Positions 55,961 through 64,000 of a DNA stretch of 64,000 nucleotides are shown one piece after another. The translations under genes were made by a program, and so were the position numbers. Positions within the stretch are counted from its first letter, which is position 1; each line of letters opens with the position of its first letter. The DNA is from the human T2T-CHM13v2.0 reference genome, Homo sapiens. The notes below the pieces were generated by a model, which was not told the DNA's origin, did no database searches, and saw only the letters and a program-made list of their open reading frames with translations. The DNA is taken from assembly GCF_009914755.1 (NCBI RefSeq), contig NC_060932.1; one strand, written 5' to 3'.

Positions 55961-57659
55961 ACTCGCTTAAAAAGCCTCCTTTTAACATCCTATCACATAA
56001 AGATTATAAATAATAATCCTCAAGTGCTTGGCTTATAGTAGGTGCAAATTCTATAAATTACTGATATAGTATTGTCTTATTAATAATTTTTTTCTTCCAC
56101 CTGGCAGAGGAGAGGGGATTTTCCCAATCCCAGCAGGTGCCTGTTTAAATGCATCAGGATTCTTTTCTAAAAATGTTCTGCAGTCAACACATTTAGGTTT
56201 CCCAAAACTAAATTCTTGTTCATTATTCAACATTTTTAGATCTGCCACAAGTAGAACCACATGCTTCAGAACTAAAAACTCCTTTCAAAAAAAAAATCCT
56301 TGGGTTGGCACATCCAGTGGTTGTTGGTGATGTGCCAGAATTAGAATTAAAACAAGAGACTCCAATTTGGGTTTGAGGTTTTTTAAAAAACACTGTCACT
56401 CTCTCAGGAGTGAATGCACTTCTTCTACAGCTCCAAGTAAAAGTCTAAAATATGAATTTAAAAATTGGTTCAGAAATCTTACTGAAAATCCATTTCCATC
56501 ACTTCTTTGAAAAATACGGATGGCATGCTAATTCTGTTTCTACCACCCCTGAGTTTGGCAAAGAAAGATTTGGACTATTTCCCAGACAACCAACTGAATC
56601 AAAAAGCATGAACCTTCCAGGAAACCTGAGACTACTAATTACCCAGACTCTGCGTTTACCTATATACTATGTAGATATGGTATGTTTGCGTCCTGCCCCT
56701 CCATTACTATGTGGGTGCTGAGGTCCCCCTGCTGAGAGAGCTGAATATTTTGTTTTTCTCCTGGCAATGTCATGGAATCGCAACTGGTCCGAACCCACTG
56801 TGATTTTGCCCACTCCCACGGAAAACACCTTTTCCAAAGCTGGAGGTAGCTTTGGTGCTTCAGAGGAAACTGAGGAGCAAACGCTTTATTCTCATCTGAG
56901 CATGACCCTTTTGTATACCCACTGAGGGCTGGAGTAATTATTTTAAACTACTTGGCTCCAAAACCCTCCTCCCTTTGTTAATTCAACTTCAGTTTCCTAG
57001 CCCCTTGCTGTACTCCCATTCCCAGTGGTACTCACTGCTCCTTGTCATGACAGCCATCAGCCTTCTTGGCCTCTGTTGTTTTCACTGCTCCGTCCAGCAA
57101 TGCCACTGCACCACCAATGCTAGAGACAGCTTACTGAATTCCTAGGGAGGCCTCACCTTCCCCTCACTGCCTGTCACTGCAGGCATCAGGCAGAGGCCAG
57201 GGCTCCCTTAAGGAGAATGTTACATATACATGCTGTTACCAGTGCATCACAGAGTTTGTGCATTGAGAAATGAAAACCTGCTCAATAAGCCTCAGATACG
57301 TGAATTAATTTATCCCAAGGCACCATGCTCAAAGCCTTCAGACTCAGCCTTCCTGCCTTGATCACAGTTCTATTCATCCTCTGCCTCACCCAATCCTGAA
57401 CCTCTGAAGAGTGGAGGGCATCCTCCTCTACTGGTAGTTTGTGTTTTCCTAGAATTGTTTTTCTCTGGCTATGTGTAGCCATCAATACTGTTCCAGGGCA
57501 ACCTCCTAGCTGGACTAGGTGTCCCCACATCCTTCCATCAGAACCTACTCAGAAATTGACCTACATAGAAGAATGTCCCTAATAATGTTGAGTGAAGAAA
57601 AATAAGGCGGGCACAAAAAATGTATGGAGTGGTTCCATCCTTTAATTTTATTATTAAAT

Positions 57660-58295
57660 CTTGTCGTTTGGTAGGCCTGTGTCCCTGGCTGTGACCTTCA
57701 CAAGTATCTTAGCTCCCCCTCCTCCCACTACCTTGAGTAAAACAGGAAGGCTGAAGGGTTCTGGGCTCTGGCAAATGCCCTTCTCTCCAGTGGAATAAGG
57801 GTCTGGTGAAGTCTTTTCTTTTGCTGGTTAGGTTTTTGTTATGGAGGATAATCCGTGAACTTTTCAAAATGGTTATTTTCCCTTAGCCCCACCGAAGCCA
57901 CAGGGGATAATTCCTGGGTCCTCATCATGAGATGCTGGTAGGGTTCCTGGAAGTAAAACCCATGAAAATGTATCTCCCACAAGACTGTGGCCCCCAGGAA
58001 TTTATGACTCTCAAGCTAGTCCACACCCAGCCTCCAGAAATTAGTCAGTACTATCATTTAAGGGTTCTTTCAGCTTATCATTCCAGACGCATCTGTTCCA
58101 GGTAAACAAATTTTTGCTGTGACTCTCTGGATGTACCTATCTCTCCAGATTTCAGAGTGGCTGTTTGCTTTGTGACCTCAATCTCCTGGTAAGCCTGATA
58201 AAAGGTACTGATTTTCAGTTTGTTTAGCTTTTTTCTTGTAAGAACTAGAGTGATGACTTCCAAGCTCTTACATGTTAGAGCTAAGACTGGAAATA
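57660..58295 (-). mobile_element. Old L1M 5'-end fragment
   Basis: tgattttcagtttgtttagcttttttcttg..gagtgatgacttccaagctcttacatg, recalled as an L1MD-type 5' terminus. Confidence 0.55.
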
Positions 58296-60482
58296 TATTA
58301 TTTATTTTACAAAGAGTTTTATTATTTTAATTAAAAGAAAAGCTTTTAAAAAAAGATATCCCTCATAGTAATCTATCTTTGGTCCTTAAGTAAAATGGCT
58401 AATATCATCTTACTTTAGCAAGGAGCTACACCTGTAAACCTAATAGGAATTACCAACAGAATTAACCTCTCCCATAAAGAGGCAGAGTTGCTACGCCCTG
58501 GAGCAGTCCTCCTCCTGCCTTAAATAGCTTTCTGAATTCACTTGGCAGCTAGTTCCCTTGAACCAGGGCAATCTAGGAGCAAGTGATTCTAGAAATTCAA
58601 GAAGTACCACCTCAATCTGCTCCTCCTCTCTCTGCACATCCCAACACCTATAATGAAAGGCACAGTCCTCCATAATACAAGCATAATCATGGTTTCCTTT
58701 CCAGATACCCATGGATGAGAAAACTTAGTGACAAATACACACTGAGGTATACGCAATTGATAGTGGTTATCTTACTGAAAGCAATCTCTTCTATGTGAGA
58801 AGAAGAGCTATGTGGGCACAGAGGACCATAAACAGGGAATGATTCATTCATGCTGGGAGAGAAAGCTGTGGAAATGTGCAAAGCCTTTTTCTCCAGCCCC
58901 ACCCTGCTGCTACCTCTGAAGACTTCACTCCTCTCTCCCTGAGAAACTCAGCAAAGGCCAGCAAAATAGTACAGGCTTCACCACAGCGCACAGAGAAAGG
59001 GGGTTTAGCAGCACAGAAATTGTACCTGCTGTGAGACTTGGTAGTTGCTGTGAAGAATCAAACTTCTTCATGCTTTTTAGTTTTGGTATCCTTAACTATA
59101 AAGTGGAAACAAAACCTCCTACTTGGGCTTTTCTGACACCATCCTGGTGGGGCTGTTGGGGCACCTGTATTGAATTTGGTTAGTGTGGAACTCTAGGCTC
59201 CTCACCTGGACTTTGCTGATGAGGTTGGATTTGCAGTTTATTTTGTGTTGTTCAGCTGAGGTAGAGGAGTTATTGTCTAAGTTTTCTGTCTTGCTAGGTT
59301 GCTGCTGTTTGGATAGAGCAGGTTTCTCTTGGGGCTTTTAATGTCTCTGCCCAGTGATATTTCCGAATTGCTGTCTTTATCAGCTCAACTCTGGGATAAA
59401 ACAAAGGCAAAACAAAGAAAGCCAAACAAAATAACAAAAAGAGGGACTCATCATGGTGTTATTCTTTGGGTCCTGAGTTCCTCTCCAGCCTGCCATCTTC
59501 TCTCTACCTTCCAGGGTCTTCTAATATTTGTTTTATATATTACGTCCAGGGTATTTGGTTATACTCAATGGAAAAAATAGAAACACAGCTCCATTTTCCT
59601 GGAAGCAAAACTGCCATCTTGTTTTACAACCTGCTTTCAGTGGAATGCCTTTTCATGCAAATATAGCTCATATTATCATTTTAATGGTTGTACATCATTC
59701 CATTACACTGATATGCATTGCTTTGACTAAATCAGTTATCTGATTAGATGTACAGAGTCCTCCCTACCTCCAACAGATTTCTTCTACTATGAATAACACT
59801 GAAGTGAATATCTCAGTAGCTAAATATTTGTCATATTCTTAATTATTTCCTTAGGCTAAGTTTCTGGACACAACGCTGCTGGATATGTACATTTTAAAGC
59901 TTCTAAAAAAATGCAACCAATTGCTCTTCAGAGATCCAGAAAAATTATAGCAAATTATGCTATACCAGCAGCGCTCTGTGCCTTCAATATTAATATTAAT
60001 ATTAAAAATCCGGCGAGGTAATAGTGGCATATCACTTTTCAAAAATTACCATTATTTTGTTACTTGTGAGACTCATTTTGAGGGCAATTAATTATATTAG
60101 TATTAAATTCCTAAGCAGTAGGAGGGGCAGTGGGAAAAGCTAAAAATGGAGGCTTGAAAGAGTCCACCCCATGTAGACGAGAGACATGGTAGGTGTGATA
60201 TATCATTGTAATGTGGTAGACAGTGGCCAGGGCCTGGAGTACCAGGTGAAATCAGAGGCACAGGATTGGAGAGTTGGAAGAGCAGCTCTAACACCAGGTT
60301 TCTTCTGTCATTCAAGAGCTCATTTAATTTTTCTGGAATTCTTGGGCTTGTTTCCTAAAGAAGCATCTGTCACCCATCAGAAATTGATAGTTTCTAATCA
60401 AAGTGAATAGATTGAAAGCATTATTTGTTGTTTCATTAACTACTGGTCTTATGTAGATACAGGAATACAAGCACACACATGT

Positions 60483-60486
<4 letters not shown>

Positions 60487-60520
<34 letters not shown>
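60487..60520. repeat. (CA)n microsatellite
   Basis: About 16 CA units seen directly. Confidence 0.97.
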
Positions 60521-60524
<4 letters not shown>

Positions 60525-62487
60525 ACTTAGCCCCGTCCTTATTTATTCCTGGTCTTCTGTTCCATGCCACAATTAGTGTCAAACTATAATGAGCTCAGGT
60601 CACAGTTGGGCTGCAATGACAGTCACACAGAGTGAGTGCAGGATAACAGGGGTTGAGCCTGGTTAGGAGAGAGAGGGCTTTCTTCACAGCATTTCTCAGC
60701 ACCCTCTTAGATTTCACCACCGACTATCTTGCTGCACAACAAGCTAACAAAAACAACAGTGACTTGCATTTGTTTCCAAAGCATTTCAGTCCAGGTCCCT
60801 GAAGTCAGGAACTCTCCAGGTGCCTTATTCCCTAATTCTGAACTAGTGACCACCCTACATTATTGCTCTATTTCACATTGGCTGAACTGGAATACATTGA
60901 ATTATATTTCATCACATTGAGTTGTCTAAACTCTCAAAATAAAGGGGACCCTTAGTAGCGATGGTGGGCATCTCAGGATAACCAGTACCCAATCCCTTAA
61001 ACATGCACTTGTTGCTTCAGGATATTTTATCTGAAATTATTAGATTTCCTCGGAACATGTTGTGTCAGATATGCTAAAGGCTAATCTGGTATTTTGGAGT
61101 ACATAAAACATGAGACTTCATGCCAAAATGGACTCATTCCTTGAAGTACTATTGTAGATTTGGGTCCTACAAACAGAAAATTTCATAATTTTTTGTCCAA
61201 TTCTCATCAGTAAAAGGAAAAAGTAAGGTGCATTTAAAATTGTATACATTTAGTTATATAATTTATTCCTGACAGCAGAATACTTCCATTTTGACTAGAT
61301 ATTAATGAAAACCAAATATACCACTTACAATTTTATACATTTAATGGCTAGAATAATTTTACCCAGAGTAACTTCTGGTTGCTCCTGGCCTTGTTTCAAA
61401 CTGTTTCTCCTTCACCGCTCACACACCTACAGTGCCAAGCACAGGAAGATGTGCGCATACAGTAATGCAACCTCCAGCTCTGCCACTGCGTTGCTGCAGC
61501 TGAGCTGCCACAGTGAAGACTTGGAGGGATTTCTGGAAATCAGCATGACCTCCTGGTCACATCGGGTGTCCAGGTGCAATGCTAGCTCACATTTCCTGAT
61601 TCCTGCATCCACAAGGCCAGCTACTCTCTAGCTCTTCCACCTGAAGTTGCCCAGCTCTGGGACTGGGTGTATTCATTTCTGGAAGAGAGGTATGGAGCCC
61701 CACCCCATTCTCCAACCTAGAATTTTCCAGGGAGAGCTCTGCACTTGGGGTTCTTGATCACTTTTCAGCTGGCACTTTCAAAATTGCCACTGAATCCCAT
61801 CTGGTTTCTTGGACTGCACTTTAATAGTTAGAATCCAGATGCAAAGGAAATAGATTCTTCATCCCATGACCACCTCCCCCACCAGGTTTTGATCATTTTA
61901 TAGATGAAAACACTACAGTTCAGAGGAATCTGGCTCACATTGGCACAATTAACAAATGTCAACAGAGAGACTGGGCATATACATTTGCCATCATGGCCCC
62001 CAAACCTCTCAACCCCTTGTCTACCCTTTGGTAATGTTTCACATTATGAGCCCTGCCATTCCCAGAACTCACAATCCTAGATTGCTTTACAGGTCATTGC
62101 ACACGTGACTTAGTTCACACCAGTTAGATTCACACAAGATCTGATGAAAAATGAATTATCTAAGGAGGTGCCCTCACGCTGGGAAAGCAAGTATATTAGC
62201 AGAGGTATCCACTTTTGTGGGCACTGCAATGGTGGATACTCAGTCTGGTCCCAGTGAGGCTTGTGTCAGGGTAGTGATAATGGTGATGGTGGCAGTGCCG
62301 CAACAGCTCCCATGGCACCTATCCTGACTATATCACTTCAGAGCTCTCTGAGCTTCCTCAGATTGGGACCTACTGAATATCTCTAAATAAATCCCTTTAT
62401 TGCTTGAAATAGCAAGGGTTTATTTTGTTGTTTGCAAAACAAAGCCTGCCCAATGTTAACTGGAGCTCAGAATTTCAGATTACCTGA

Positions 62488-62810
<323 letters not shown>

Positions 62811-63349
62811 TCAGAACTCTTCCCCTGCCATGCTCAGGGATTAGCTTTAAACCCACAGCTTCCTTTCCTCCAGATGAGTAACTGAAGATAAAAAACTGAG
62901 GACACCTGGAAAGAGAACTTGGGACTCGGGGACTCAGTCCAAATGGACAGCCTTGGATAGGGTGACACAGAGGAAAACTGAGGTCACTGCACCCCACTAG
63001 GGAAAGCAGAGGGAGAGGCAGGAAGCAAAAGAATTATTAGAAAAGGAGAAGAGAACTCAGATTACTGAGTATTGGATTCGTGCCAGGCACAATATTAGGC
63101 ACTTTATAAACAGCAAGTAAAAAAAAAAAAAAAAAAGTATATAAGATAGATAGATATTCCCAGCCTTTCTCATGTTCCCACTTGGTAAGGAGGATTTTTA
63201 ACTAGGTATATATATATTTGTTTTACAAAAATAGCATCACACTCTGCCCTAAGTTGTGTCTTTGAGTATGCCTGTCATGTCTAATGTTAAGTCATGCTGT
63301 TCTTTTCACATTTCTGCTGGTGGCAAGGCATTCTATTTGTGTGGATGTA

Positions 63350-63654
63350 CAGTCTGCCCTCCATATCTGAGAGTTCTGTATCTATGGAATCAATACTGGA
63401 AAATATTTGAAAAAAAAATGCAACAATAAAAATACAAATTTTAAAATATAGTGTTAACAACTATTTACATAGCATTTACATTGAATTATGTATTACAAGT
63501 AATCTAGAGACGATTTAAGGTATGGGAAACTGTGTGTAGTAGGTTATATGCAAATATTGTGCCATTTTATATAAAGGAACTGAGCATCCTCAGATTTTCG
63601 CTTCTGTTGGGGGGTCCTGGCACCAATTCCCTCCATGAATAGTAAGGGACAGAT
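63350..63654. mobile_element. Tigger3/MER7-like non-autonomous DNA transposon
   Basis: cagtctgccctccatatctg..caactatttacatagcatttacattg..aagtaatctagag..aagggacagatg, with degenerate TIRs and a TA at the left end. Confidence 0.8.
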
Positions 63655-63797
63655 GACTATACCATAATTTAAATGATCCTATATTGGTTGGCTTTTATAT
63701 TGTTTACAGTTTCTAACCAACATAATCACTATTATAAATACTATGATATAAAGACCTTTACGTATATTAATTTGCTCACTTGGCTGAATACTTCTTC

Positions 63798-64000
63798 TGT
63801 ATTAGTCCGTTTTCACATTGCTATAAAGAGTACCACCTAACACTAGCTAATTATAAAGCAAAGAGGTTTAATTGACTCACAGTTCCACAGGCTTAACAGG
63901 AAGCAGGGTAGCCGGCTTCAGGAAACTTAGAATCACAGCGGAAGGTGAAACAGAAGCGTACACGTCTCACGTAGCAGCAGGCAAGAGCGAGCTGGGGAAA
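63798..64000 (-). mobile_element. THE1-like MaLR LTR (runs off the window)
   Basis: tgtattagtccgttttcacattgctataaag..aaagaggtttaattgactcacagttccacagg..aggaaactta..gcggaaggtgaa. Confidence 0.9.

Noticed and set aside
61305-61631. 108-aa ORF and opposite-strand 61-aa ORF in unique DNA
   Set aside because: No recognisable homology or convincing exon structure; lengths are within chance expectation.

Overview
Primate (Alu-containing, human/ape-like) genomic DNA. The only intact coding sequence is the last two exons of a ferlin gene on the + strand (11210-11310 and 11973-12156, C-terminal tail-anchor helix), recognised as FER1L6. Bases 1-11209 are intronic and the rest is repeat-rich downstream DNA. 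That DNA holds two processed pseudogenes (NETO2 at ~34060-36337, ARF1 at ~44292-46687), a full-length decayed L1PA15/16-like element nested in an MSTA LTR inside an older L1M, solo ERV LTRs (MER61, MER41A, LTR9, MLT1, THE1), about 14 Alus and a 7x48-bp minisatellite. I see no evidence of a new multi-gene system. The strongest signal is the NETO2 retrocopy, which appears to preserve a non-canonical splice isoform: the signal-peptide segment is skipped and a 166-bp antisense-L1 cassette with a premature stop sits exactly at the CUB2/LDLa junction. Also notable are a locally templated 87-bp insertion flanked by a 17-bp duplication and an old ~200-bp duplication whose best-conserved parts look like splice sites. 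Repeat subfamily names and parent-gene comparisons come from recalled consensus sequences, not database searches.
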